From: Ferrithrix thermotolerans DSM 19514
Lineage (GTDB): Bacteria; Actinomycetota; Acidimicrobiia; Acidimicrobiales; Ilumatobacteraceae
DNA length: 64,000 bases
Direction of reading: 5' to 3'
Assembly (NCBI GenBank): GCA_945889085.1
Contig: CAMDBM010000002.1
Location: 9,745 to 73,744, forward strand
The translations under genes and the position numbers were made by a program. The notes under the pieces were generated by a model. It did no database searches, was not told where the DNA came from, and saw only the letters and a program-made list of their open reading frames with translations. Shown here in pieces: positions 47,972 through 57,301 of the stretch (within the stretch, counting starts at the first letter, position 1; every line of letters begins with the position of its first letter).

Positions 47972-48961
47972 CTACTCTGGGTGGCTTTCCCGGCGAAGAT
48001 TGTCGATAATCTGACGCAGCGTGTCAAGATCGCTGCGCATAGCGTAATCTGCGGGGTCAACTTCGGCGAGGACACGCTCGAATTCCTCGGCCCGCTCGAG
48101 TTGCAGATCGAGGTCCGTGCGCTGGTTCAGCACCAACTCGGCCGCCACCACCCGGTCATTCATCCCCATCACCGTGTCGGTCAGGGCGCTGAACTGCGAG
48201 GGGAGGGGCCCGAGCGGACCCATGGCGTTCGTGAGGGCCGCCACCTGGGACTCCAGCCCGGCAATCGTGGTCAACCCGGCGCGCAGCGTGTCGGCGATCG
48301 TCTCCGCCTCCCGTTGGCCGGTGAGCACCTGTTCCCGCAGAGCTGCAGCGTCGGTGAGCTGCTGGTGAGCAAGTGCACCGGTGGCATCCGTGCGCAGGGC
48401 CAGTTTCTCCACGGCGTCACGGATCGCCCGAATCGTGGAACTCATACGTTCGACGATGTCGCCGAGCTCCACACGGAATGTCTCGAACGCATCGACACGA
48501 CCGGACAGCATGCGGGCACTTACCTCGAGCTGATCCACCCGGCCCTCGGACTGGGCGAGGCGTGTCGCCTGTTCCGAGGCAATCGCCCCGACAGCCGACT
48601 CGACTGCATCGACTCTCGCCCCAAAGGTCTCGTCCTGGCGCTTCTGCTGGCGTCGCACCACGTCGAGGACCCCGACCTGGCGGCGGTAGTCCTCCTTTGC
48701 CTGGGCCCTCACGGCCTCGAACTCGGCCCCGGTCGCCTCGTTCTGGGCGGTGATGAGCGCCGTGGTGGCGGCGATGCGTAACTCCAGATCCTCCACCAGA
48801 CGCTGGTGCAAGTCGCTCAGCCCGTCGATGCGGGCCTCGGCCGCCGACAGCCGGTCAGTGGCGTCTCTGGGCACGCCACGGCGCAGCAGACGTTTGCGCT
48901 CGCGTCCCCCTCTTGCCATTGAACGAACTGTACTTCCGGGCCGCACGGGGACCGGGGACAC
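47972..48961 (-). CDS. coiled-coil hypothetical protein
   Basis: Long heptad-like Ala/Glu/Arg/Leu-rich sequence with no recognisable catalytic motif. Alternative ATG start at 48919. Confidence 0.5.
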   Translation of the reverse strand: MSPVPVRPGSTVRSMARGGRERKRLLRRGVPRDATDRLSAAEARIDGLSDLHQRLVEDLELRIAATTALITAQNEATGAEFEAVRAQAKEDYRRQVGVLDVVRRQQKRQDETFGARVDAVESAVGAIASEQATRLAQSEGRVDQLEVSARMLSGRVDAFETFRVELGDIVERMSSTIRAIRDAVEKLALRTDATGALAHQQLTDAAALREQVLTGQREAETIADTLRAGLTTIAGLESQVAALTNAMGPLGPLPSQFSALTDTVMGMNDRVVAAELVLNQRTDLDLQLERAEEFERVLAEVDPADYAMRSDLDTLRQIIDNLRRESHPE

Positions 48962-48982
48962 CGGACGACCGGCTGTCGCAGG

Positions 48983-49390
48983 TCAGACGGCCGGCGAGGT
49001 GCGTGCACGCCGCACGCGGCCGGCGAGACAGGCCAGCGAGGTGAGGGCGCCCGCACCAGCGAGGATGGCTTCGCCCACGGCGACCGAGGGGCTGCGGCCA
49101 GCATCCACGATGGCGAAGGTGCCGAGGGCGGCCACCCCGAGGGCAGCGGCAATCGGCCAGCGACGCCAGTTCGCTGCTGCCGCACACGTGACGAGGAGCG
49201 GGGCGAGGAAGGCGAGCGGGGACTCCCACGAGGCGGTGGCTGCGTCGCTCAACCACCACGTCGGCTTTCCGAAGGAGTTTGCGGCATCGGCCAGTGTCAG
49301 CAGCGCCGGGATGATGAGGGCCCATCCGACGGCGAGCACCCAACGCCAGCCCTCGGTGAGCTGGCCGGGTCGGTAGTCGGTCTCACTCAT
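48983..49390 (-). CDS. small integral membrane protein, hypothetical
   Basis: Four predicted hydrophobic segments. No family recognised. Confidence 0.5.
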   Translation of the reverse strand: MSETDYRPGQLTEGWRWVLAVGWALIIPALLTLADAANSFGKPTWWLSDAATASWESPLAFLAPLLVTCAAAANWRRWPIAAALGVAALGTFAIVDAGRSPSVAVGEAILAGAGALTSLACLAGRVRRARTSPAV

Positions 49391-49443
49391 GCTCTGTCGA
49401 ACGCTAGCCAGCGCTGGCAGCCGATACGCGGCGGGAACGGCCG

Positions 49444-50229
49444 GTGCCGAACCGATACCCTTGCGCCCCGATGCCTACCTCCACCGGCCCCTCGTTCGGC
49501 ACGCTGTCGATCTTCTTCCCGATGTGGAACGAGGAGGCATACGTGCACCGTGCGATCAACGCTGCCACGACGGCCTGTGTGGAGCTCATGGCTGCCGGTG
49601 AGATCGACAACTACGAGCTCATCATCGTGGACGATGCCTCCACCGATGCAACACCCCGGCTCGCCGACGAACTCGCTGCCGCAAACCTCCATGTGAAGGT
49701 GGTCCATCACCCCGTCAACCGCAAGCTCGGCGGTGCCATGAAGACCGGCTTCGCGGCTGCGACCGGCGACCTCGTGCTGTACACCGATGCAGATCTGCCC
49801 TTCGACATGGCCGAGATCGGCAAGGCATGCCGCATCATGCGCCTCTACGAGTCCGACATCGTGAGCGCCTATCGGCACGACCGCACGGGCGAGGGAGCCG
49901 CGCGCGAGATCTACACGTTCTTCTACAACTTCCTCATCCGGAGGTTGTTCGGGGTTCGGATGCGGGACATCAACTTTGCGTTCAAGCTGTGCCGGCGCAG
50001 CATCTTCGAGCACATCTCGCTGGTGAGCGAGGGCTCGTTCATCGACGCGGAACTCATCATCCGCGCCAAGAAACTCGGTTTCGAGGTCACCCAGTTCGGC
50101 GTCGATTACTTCCCGCGTACCCGGGGTGTCTCCACGCTCAGTTCGCCGAAAGTGATCCTGAAGATCGTCCGCGAGATGTTTGCGCTCCGCAAGAAACTCC
50201 GAAATATTCAGCCGGTCGTCAAGCGCTGA
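49444..50229 (+). CDS. family 2 glycosyltransferase (polyprenol-phosphate sugar synthase-like)
   Basis: LSIFFPMWNEE, IIVDDASTDAT and YTDADLPFD. The start may instead be ATG 49471. Confidence 0.85.
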   Translation: MPNRYPCAPMPTSTGPSFGTLSIFFPMWNEEAYVHRAINAATTACVELMAAGEIDNYELIIVDDASTDATPRLADELAAANLHVKVVHHPVNRKLGGAMKTGFAAATGDLVLYTDADLPFDMAEIGKACRIMRLYESDIVSAYRHDRTGEGAAREIYTFFYNFLIRRLFGVRMRDINFAFKLCRRSIFEHISLVSEGSFIDAELIIRAKKLGFEVTQFGVDYFPRTRGVSTLSSPKVILKIVREMFALRKKLRNIQPVVKR

Positions 50230-50341
50230 GACGACTGTCACCCGATGCCCCCCGCTCCGGGGGGGCCGCTAGCCTTTCACGCGATCCGGGGAGCACTCAG
50301 GCGTTCCGGTGCACAGGACGGCCATGGGAGGTGTCGAGCGA

Positions 50342-51427
50342 ATGGAACCACGGTCCCTGAAGCGCTGGACGCCGGCACTCATTGCCGCAATCGTCCTCGG
50401 GGTAGTCGGCATCGGTGCTGCTGTCGGTAGCGGGAACTCGGCCAAGTCCGATGGCTCCGAGAGCACCGACCCGTCCCTTCTCCCGGTCACCGAGGAGCCC
50501 TCCGATGTCATCGACTCCGGTGTCGTCGACTCGCTCCCCGTTGTTGCTACCGCACCGGTGGTTACCGCCAAGCCAAAGACACATCTCAAGCGCACCATGA
50601 AGAAGGGGTCCAAGGGAACCGCCGTCAAGCGTCTCCAGCAGCGACTCATTGATCTGGGCTACGACCCGGGCGACGTGGACGGCAGTTTCAACTCCAAGAC
50701 CCGCGCCGCCGTCTGGGCGTTCGAGAAACTGGTGATGCGCGTGCCCCCTTCGAAGGTGAGGGGACAGGTCAACGACGAGATGTGGCTGCGGATGCAGGAC
50801 AACCTTGTGGTGAAACCCAAGCGACCGAAGGGCTCTACGGTTCACCTCGAGGTGTACCTGCCGGAGCAGGTTGCGGTACTTTTCGAGAAGAACAAGGTTC
50901 GGCTCATCACCCACATCTCCTCGGGAACCGGGAAGTGGTGGGAGGAGCCCGTCACGATTGACCCGGGCGAGGACGGCAACCTGAGCGGCAACAAGCCGCT
51001 CGCTGCGATCGTCCGTGGCATCTCAATCACGCCGGGCGGTACGTACCGCTTCTACCGACGTTACGTGGACCAAAGCACCGGGGGATGGCGAGAAGGCCGC
51101 CTCGGCCGGATGTACCAGCCGGTGTACTTCAACAAGGGACTCGCGGTACACGGCGCGAACGAGGTGCCGTCGTACCCGGCGTCCCACGGTTGTGTGCGCA
51201 TCCCCATGCACATTGCCGAGTACTTCCCGGACCTCGTGAAGAACGGTGACCAGGTGTTCGTGTGGGACGGCAAGAAGCAGCCCGAGTACTACGGGGCCCA
51301 GCCCCCGAAGGCGGACTCGATCAGCAGGGCGCCCACCACCACGGTAGCGACCACCAGCACGACGGTGAAGAAGACCACGACGACGACGACGTCGACGACA
51401 ACGACTACGACTACGACGTCTGCCTGA
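50342..51427 (+). CDS. L,D-transpeptidase with a peptidoglycan-binding domain and a Thr-rich tail
   Basis: TM anchor, PG_binding_1 (GTAVKRLQQRLIDLGYDPGDVDGSF), YkuD catalytic HG...SHGCVR, and a C-terminal poly-Thr. Confidence 0.85.
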   Translation: MEPRSLKRWTPALIAAIVLGVVGIGAAVGSGNSAKSDGSESTDPSLLPVTEEPSDVIDSGVVDSLPVVATAPVVTAKPKTHLKRTMKKGSKGTAVKRLQQRLIDLGYDPGDVDGSFNSKTRAAVWAFEKLVMRVPPSKVRGQVNDEMWLRMQDNLVVKPKRPKGSTVHLEVYLPEQVAVLFEKNKVRLITHISSGTGKWWEEPVTIDPGEDGNLSGNKPLAAIVRGISITPGGTYRFYRRYVDQSTGGWREGRLGRMYQPVYFNKGLAVHGANEVPSYPASHGCVRIPMHIAEYFPDLVKNGDQVFVWDGKKQPEYYGAQPPKADSISRAPTTTVATTSTTVKKTTTTTTSTTTTTTTTSA

Positions 51428-52958
51428 ACGACACCTCGAGCCCGGTGACCTCCTCGAGCAGCGAAGAGCGTTCGCCAGCCGAGTAGAACTCGAGGTCGAG
51501 GTCGGTGTCAGGTCGCCGGCCCCTCACCTCGATGACCAGTTGGTGGCCATCTTGCAAGGCCCGCACGGACTTTGCGCGCTGGTCGTGACTCCGGTCGAGC
51601 CCGATCGCCACGCGCAACAGCGCCGCCAAGACGCGCACTGCCAGCTGGGACTCGGCATCGAGCCGCCCGAACTCGGCGTGTGACGGTTTCGGCGCAGACT
51701 TCCGGTGGTACCGGGCGATCAGCGCGACGATCTCGATCTCGTGGTCGGTGAACCCGGTCAGGTCATCGGTGTTCCGGATCACGTAGTACGAGTGAAGGTG
51801 ATGCTTGGTGTGGGAGATCACGAGCCCGACGTTCGCCAGCAGGGCCGCTGCCTCGAGGTAGTCCCTGTGGGACCGGTCCAGATGATGGATCTCGGCGGTG
51901 GAGTCGAACAGCTGCAGGGCAAGGCGTGCGACGTGATCGGAGTGGGTGCGGTCGTCGTCGCAGCGGTCCGCGAGGTGCCGGACGCTCTGGCGTGACACCT
52001 CCCGGAGGTGGTGGAGCGAGCCCCCCTGGTGCCGCTCGTACGTATCGAGCAGCACGCCTTCACGCAGCGCGTACTCGGAGAACATGAGCTCGTCGATCCC
52101 GAAGGCCTCGCAGACACTCTCGAGGATGAGCGTGCCGGCCACGATGATGTCTGCCCGATCGCTCTCCACACCGGGAACTGCTGCACGTGCCTTGGCCGTC
52201 GGTGCGGCAAGGAGGCGCTCGAGCACCGCTGCAACGTCGCCACGGGTGAACGTGAGGCAGTTGTACGTTCGCAGTTCGGCGCCGCCCGCGAGTGCGTGAG
52301 CGGCCCGGGCCACAGCCTCGGCGGTTCCCGACGAGGCAACGGCTACCTCGAAGCCGATCCGTCGGGCGCGTCCCTCGAACGTCGCCAGTGTGGAGCGGAT
52401 GAAGGCCCGACAGTGGCGGACCGCCTCCGGGGTGACCAGACCCTCCGGGAAGAAACGGTCCGTGAGGCGAACCGCACCGAGCTTGAAGCTCCGGGCATCG
52501 AGCGTCGTGCCACGCTCGCCGAGCAGGATCTCGGTGCTCCCGCCGCCGATGTCGACGAGGATAAGTCTCCTGTCGAAGACGGGCACGGCCTGCAGCACCC
52601 CGAGGTGGATGAGGCGTGCCTCCTCCAGACCGGAGATCACCTCGACGGTCACCCCGACCTCTGCTGCCGCCCTGATGAAGTCGTCCGCGTTGGCTGCCTC
52701 TCGCACGGCCGAGGTGGCAACGGCGCGAAGCGGAGCGTTCTTGCTCCGGGCGAGTTGGGCCATCCGCGCAAGCGCCGCAACGCCCCGCTCGATGGCGTCG
52801 GGCTCGAGCTGTTTCATGTCTCCGCCACCGTGGCCGAGGCGTACCGTCACCTTCTCGCGCTCAATCACGTCGAAACGCGCACCCTGTTTGATCTTCGCGA
52901 TCACTAGGTGGAAGCTGTTGGTGCCCACGTCGATTGCTGCGAGTACCGGATCCGTCAC
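51411..52958 (-). CDS. Ppx/GppA family phosphatase with a C-terminal HD domain
   Basis: AAIDVGTNSFHLVIA, VDIGGGSTE, and an HD-type region HH...HLHSYYVI. The 3' end overlaps the convergent ldt gene by 17 nt. Confidence 0.9.
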   Translation of the reverse strand: MTDPVLAAIDVGTNSFHLVIAKIKQGARFDVIEREKVTVRLGHGGGDMKQLEPDAIERGVAALARMAQLARSKNAPLRAVATSAVREAANADDFIRAAAEVGVTVEVISGLEEARLIHLGVLQAVPVFDRRLILVDIGGGSTEILLGERGTTLDARSFKLGAVRLTDRFFPEGLVTPEAVRHCRAFIRSTLATFEGRARRIGFEVAVASSGTAEAVARAAHALAGGAELRTYNCLTFTRGDVAAVLERLLAAPTAKARAAVPGVESDRADIIVAGTLILESVCEAFGIDELMFSEYALREGVLLDTYERHQGGSLHHLREVSRQSVRHLADRCDDDRTHSDHVARLALQLFDSTAEIHHLDRSHRDYLEAAALLANVGLVISHTKHHLHSYYVIRNTDDLTGFTDHEIEIVALIARYHRKSAPKPSHAEFGRLDAESQLAVRVLAALLRVAIGLDRSHDQRAKSVRALQDGHQLVIEVRGRRPDTDLDLEFYSAGERSSLLEEVTGLEVSFRQTS

Positions 52959-52991
52959 CGAACCATCATCGCAGCCGGTGCGGACGAAGCC

Positions 52992-54281
52992 TCAGGCCCT
53001 CCGGGACAAACGCTGTGCCTCGGCGAAACTGATGTCCTTGTCCACCCTGGGCTCGGCGGGCAGTTGCAGCACCCGTTCCCCAACGATGTTGCGCTGGACC
53101 TCGTCGGACCCGCCGGCGATCCGGTACCCCGGGGCGCCGAGCAGGTGCTCACCCCAGGCATAGGTGCCCCACTCGCCGCTGTCGGCGACAAGACGGGCGC
53201 CGAGGATCAGCGAGACGACGTCACTGACCCGCCGCATGTTCGCGGTCCACATCAGCTTGGACAGCGAACCTTCGGGCCCGGGGGTCTGGCCCGCCTTCAG
53301 CGAGGCTGCGGCCCGGCGGTTGGTGAATTGGGCCATTTTTTCGTGTGCGTAGAGGTCGGCGAGCATCTGGCGGATGACGGGGTCGCCGGTCATCTCGAAG
53401 TGGCGTGCTGTGGCCAGCACGCGTTTCAGGCTGCCGCCCACCGGGGTCCCGCCACCGGAGTGGTCGCGTTCGAAGCCGAGGCAGGTGAGAGCAACCCTCC
53501 AGCCGTCGCCCTCGCCGCCGAGACGATGGTCAGCATCCTTCAGGCGCACGTCGGAGAGGAACACCTCGTTGAAGGAGGCGCCACCGCTCATCTGGCGGAT
53601 CGGGCGGATCTCCACACCGGGGGCGTCGAGGGGCACCATGAACGCCGTGAGCCCACGGTGCTTGGGCACGTCGAAGTCTGTGCGCGTGATGGCGAGGCCC
53701 CACTGGGAGAAGCGTGCACCGGAGGTCCACACCTTCTGGCCGTTGAGCACCCACTCGTCGCCGTCCTTGACTGCCTTCGTGACGACCGACGCGAGGTCTG
53801 ACCCTGCGGCGGGCTCGCTGAACAACTGGCAGCCGTACTCGTCCTGGCGCATGATCGGCTTGACCCAGCGCTGCTTCTGCTCCGCTGTGCCGTAGGCGGC
53901 GACGGTGGGGGCGATGAGCCCCATCGAGGTGGGCGGAAGCTCGCCAGCGTCGGGGATCACGAACCGGGACTCCTCGGAGTTCCAGATGCGCACATACGAC
54001 ATGGGCAGGCCGCGACCGCCGAGCTCCACCGGCCAGCTGAGCATCCCGTAGCCGGCATCGAACTTCTTGCGCTGCCAGTCCTGGGCGAGCGCGAGCATCG
54101 AGGCCTCTTCGGTCTCGGTGCGGTTGTGGAACACGGCGACGTTGTCTGAGCCGGTACCCCAGTCGGGGTCGGTGTCGGTGCCGGGGTCGGTGGAAACGGT
54201 CTGGCGAAGCTCGCCGTGTTGCTCGAGCCACGCCCTCGCCTCGCTGCGGAAGGTATCGGGATCGGGATGGATGGCGGACAT
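52992..54281 (-). CDS. acyl-CoA dehydrogenase family protein
   Basis: CQLFSEPAAGSD, KVWTSGA, and C-terminal RIAGGSDEVQRNIV. Confidence 0.9.
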   Translation of the reverse strand: MSAIHPDPDTFRSEARAWLEQHGELRQTVSTDPGTDTDPDWGTGSDNVAVFHNRTETEEASMLALAQDWQRKKFDAGYGMLSWPVELGGRGLPMSYVRIWNSEESRFVIPDAGELPPTSMGLIAPTVAAYGTAEQKQRWVKPIMRQDEYGCQLFSEPAAGSDLASVVTKAVKDGDEWVLNGQKVWTSGARFSQWGLAITRTDFDVPKHRGLTAFMVPLDAPGVEIRPIRQMSGGASFNEVFLSDVRLKDADHRLGGEGDGWRVALTCLGFERDHSGGGTPVGGSLKRVLATARHFEMTGDPVIRQMLADLYAHEKMAQFTNRRAAASLKAGQTPGPEGSLSKLMWTANMRRVSDVVSLILGARLVADSGEWGTYAWGEHLLGAPGYRIAGGSDEVQRNIVGERVLQLPAEPRVDKDISFAEAQRLSRRA

Positions 54282-54383
54282 GGCGTAAAACTACTTCGGG
54301 GGCACGGCCTTGCGTCGGGTGTGTTTGCGGCGCCACCCGCTCCCGTTCGGGTGCGGCCGTCGCCGACTGACTAAGGTCCGCGC

Positions 54384-55223
54384 ATGGCCGAAGCCGCAGA
54401 CCCCACCGTTCTCGTCGACGATCCCGCCCCCGGCGTCCGCCGGCTCACGCTGAACCGGCCCACGAAGCGCAATGCGCTGTCGCACCGGCTCCGCAGCGAA
54501 TTGTTCGCGGCCCTCCGGGCAGGCGACGCCGATCCAGACGTACGGGTATTCGTCATCCGCGGCGCCGGACCCTGCTTCTCTGCCGGGTATGACCTCGCTC
54601 AGGACCCGGCGGAGCAGCACCCCTGGCCGCTCTCACCGGCCGACGGGGCGTGGGCCCGTCACGTGCTCCAGGGCTGGTTCGAGATGATGGATCTCTCCAA
54701 GCCGATCATCGCCCAGGTGCACGGCTTCTGCCTCGCCGGCGGGACCGAACTCGCCACGGCGTGTGATCTCGTGTACGTCGCAGAGGATGCCCGGATCGGC
54801 TACCCGCCGGTGCGGTCGATGTCGTCGCCCGACATGGCGTGGCACGTGTGGCTAATGGGAATGCGCCGGGCGATGGAGGCCATGCTGACGGGTGACTCGA
54901 TGACCGGAACCGACGCGGTCGAGGCGGGCTTCGCCAACCGGGCCTTCCCGGCGGACCGGCTCGACGCCGAGGTGCTCGACATCGCCGTCCGTGTCGCGAA
55001 GGTGGAACCGGACCTGCAGGCGATCAACAAGCGCGTCGTCCACCGGGCGATGGAGGCCATGGGCATGCGCGACGGCATGCGTGCAACCGCCGATCTCAAT
55101 GCGCTCGGGTTCCACCAGCGCTCGAGCAAGGAATACTTCGAGCACCTGCGCCGTGGGGTTACCCAGGCGCTCGACAAGCGTGACAGCCAGTTCGGGGACT
55201 ACCGGACGGCGGAGAAGGAGTAG
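54384..55223 (+). CDS. enoyl-CoA hydratase/isomerase (crotonase) family protein
   Basis: RLTLNRPTKRNAL, FSAGYDL and HGFCLAGGTELA. Confidence 0.85.
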   Translation: MAEAADPTVLVDDPAPGVRRLTLNRPTKRNALSHRLRSELFAALRAGDADPDVRVFVIRGAGPCFSAGYDLAQDPAEQHPWPLSPADGAWARHVLQGWFEMMDLSKPIIAQVHGFCLAGGTELATACDLVYVAEDARIGYPPVRSMSSPDMAWHVWLMGMRRAMEAMLTGDSMTGTDAVEAGFANRAFPADRLDAEVLDIAVRVAKVEPDLQAINKRVVHRAMEAMGMRDGMRATADLNALGFHQRSSKEYFEHLRRGVTQALDKRDSQFGDYRTAEKE

Positions 55224-55225
55224 CA

Positions 55226-56065
55226 ATGGAATCGATCGACCTCTCCAACCTGAGGACGCTCCACTACGCGGTGGAGAACCCCGGCGACAACGGGATCGCG
55301 GTGGTGACCCTCAACCGGCCCGAGATGCGCAACGCGCAGAACAACCGCATGACGTACGAGATGAATGCCTGCTTCAACGACGCCTCGAGGCGTTCGGACG
55401 TGAAGGTGATCGTTCTCCAGGCCGACGGACCGCACTTCTGCTCCGGGCACGACCTGAAAGAGACCGAAGGGGTCGGCACCTTTGACCTCGTGTTCCCGGT
55501 GGCAGGTCTCGACGGCAAGGGTCAGGAGGCAATGATGGCCGGCGAGGAGGAGGTGTACCTCAACATGACGTGGCGCTGGCGCAACCTCCCCAAGCCGCTC
55601 CTCGCTGCGGCGCAGGGCAAGACAATCGCCGGTGGACTGCCGCTGCTGTGGTGTGCCGACATCATCATCGCTGCGGACGACGCCATCTTCAGCGATCCGG
55701 TCGTCGCTTTCGGCGTGAACGGCGTGGAGTACTTCGCCCACCCTTGGGAGGTTGGCCCGCGCAAGGCCAAAGAGATGTTGTTCACCGGCGACTGGCTCTC
55801 TGCCGCCGACGCCAAGCAGCTCGGCATGGTGAACCATGTGGTCCCCAAGGACGAACTGCGCACGTTCGTGATGGCGATGGCTGCCAAGATCGCGGAGAAG
55901 CCGGCGTTCGGCCTGAAGCTCGCCAAGGAAAGCGTGAACCAGGCGCTCGAGGCGCAGGGTCAGTGGACGGCGCTGAGGGCAGCGTTCAGCCTGCAGCACC
56001 TCGCGCACGCGAACAACCGTCTCAAGTTCGGCATCCCGATCGACCCCGGCTTCCGCAAGCCGTAG
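55226..56065 (+). CDS. enoyl-CoA hydratase/isomerase (crotonase) family protein
   Basis: VVTLNRPEMRNAQN, FCSGHDL and QGKTIAGGLPL. It starts 2 nt after the previous stop. Confidence 0.85.
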   Translation: MESIDLSNLRTLHYAVENPGDNGIAVVTLNRPEMRNAQNNRMTYEMNACFNDASRRSDVKVIVLQADGPHFCSGHDLKETEGVGTFDLVFPVAGLDGKGQEAMMAGEEEVYLNMTWRWRNLPKPLLAAAQGKTIAGGLPLLWCADIIIAADDAIFSDPVVAFGVNGVEYFAHPWEVGPRKAKEMLFTGDWLSAADAKQLGMVNHVVPKDELRTFVMAMAAKIAEKPAFGLKLAKESVNQALEAQGQWTALRAAFSLQHLAHANNRLKFGIPIDPGFRKP

Positions 56066-56087
56066 GCCGCGGCCGCTGGGGGCCTAC
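56062..56087. terminator. hairpin spanning both stop codons of a convergent gene pair
   Basis: GTAGGCC-N12-GGCCTAC with no U-tract. A possible bidirectional terminator. Confidence 0.3.
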
Positions 56088-56383
56088 TCGACGGCCTTGT
56101 AGTCGGTGATCTCAACCCTGCTGCTGCTCGTGATCGTTGCCGTGAACTTGTACCGCTTGCCGTCGGTCTTGCCCTGCCCGGCGCACGAGAAGGTCACGCC
56201 CTTGGAGGTGCTGCCCGGGTCCTCGCAGTAGATCCCGGTGAACTCTTGGCCGATCACGCGGGCGGTATCCGCCCCGCCGATCGCCTTCTCGGCGGCCTTC
56301 GCAAAGTCGGTGCTGCTCCTGCTGCACGATGTCAACGAGAACAGGGCGATTGCCGTCACGCCGACGGCGAGGAGTTTGCGCAT
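56084..56383 (-). CDS. small lipoprotein, hypothetical
   Basis: Signal peptide with lipobox LFSLTSC. 99 aa. Confidence 0.65.
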   Translation of the reverse strand: MRKLLAVGVTAIALFSLTSCSRSSTDFAKAAEKAIGGADTARVIGQEFTGIYCEDPGSTSKGVTFSCAGQGKTDGKRYKFTATITSSSRVEITDYKAVE

Positions 56384-56437
56384 GGGGGAACGGTACCCGT
56401 TGCGGGGCAGGGTGGGGTGGGGTTCCCCATCCCATGA

Positions 56438-57301
56438 TCAACGCAACCCGTCGACAGTCATAATGGCGAGGGCGAGCCACACGAGCGAGAAGCCGATCAC
56501 ACGCGCAGCGGTCAGTTGCTCGTGGTACACCACGGCCCCGAGCACGAAGTTGATGCTCGGCACGAGGTATCCGACCGGTCCGAGCACGGTGAACGGCGTG
56601 CGCTTGGCAGAGTACGCAAAGAGCAGCAGGGGTGTTGCGGTCACAATGCCGCTGCACAGCAGCAGGGCGATCTCGACAGGTGTTCCGGTCGAGAAGATTC
56701 CGGCTCCGTCGCCCTGGCGGATGGCGACGAGGACGACTGCCGGCACGAGCAGGAGCAGGATCTCGCCCGACAGGCTTTCGATCGCGGCGAGCGGGATCTG
56801 CCGCTTCGCGTAGCCGTAGGCACACCACGACGTCCCAAGAACGATGGCCAGCCAGGGCACCTGTCCGTAGGCGGCACCTACGACAGCGACGGCGCACACG
56901 GCGAGACCGAGTGCGCACCATTGCGCGACCCGGAGCCGTTCCTTCATGGCGAAGACACCGATCAACATGGTCCCGATTGGGGAGATGAAGTAGCCGAGCG
57001 CTGTCTCGATCACGTGTCCGTGGACGACGGCGTAGACATAGGTGGTCCAGTTGGTGGCGAGCAGGAGTGCGAGCAGGGCCAAGTGGGCGACGGTTCGTGG
57101 GGACCGGAAGGCATCGAGTACGGCGCGCCCCTTGCGCATCGCCATGAGCACCACGACCAGCACGACGGTTGACCAGACGGTCCGCTGCGCGATCAACTCG
57201 AACGCGTTGAACCGGTGGAACTGCTTCCAGTAAATGGTGATGGCGCCCCACAGGGTGTAGGCGAGGATGCCCGCCCACAGCCCGGAGTGGCCGCGCCTCA
57301 C
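56438..57301 (-). CDS. rarD: EamA-family transporter RarD
   Basis: GILAYTLWGAITIYWK, ten hydrophobic segments, and a GTGA overlap with the upstream gene stop. The rest of the 528-aa track ORF overlaps the beta-lactamase-family gene. Confidence 0.8.
   Translation of the reverse strand: MRRGHSGLWAGILAYTLWGAITIYWKQFHRFNAFELIAQRTVWSTVVLVVVLMAMRKGRAVLDAFRSPRTVAHLALLALLLATNWTTYVYAVVHGHVIETALGYFISPIGTMLIGVFAMKERLRVAQWCALGLAVCAVAVVGAAYGQVPWLAIVLGTSWCAYGYAKRQIPLAAIESLSGEILLLLVPAVVLVAIRQGDGAGIFSTGTPVEIALLLCSGIVTATPLLLFAYSAKRTPFTVLGPVGYLVPSINFVLGAVVYHEQLTAARVIGFSLVWLALAIMTVDGLR

Noticed and set aside
50230-50341. A c-di-AMP (ydaO-type) riboswitch upstream of the L,D-transpeptidase
   Set aside because: The leader is only about 110 nt long and lacks the conserved ydaO segments I can recall. 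The GC hairpin at 50248..50264 looks like a terminator for the upstream GT2 gene.
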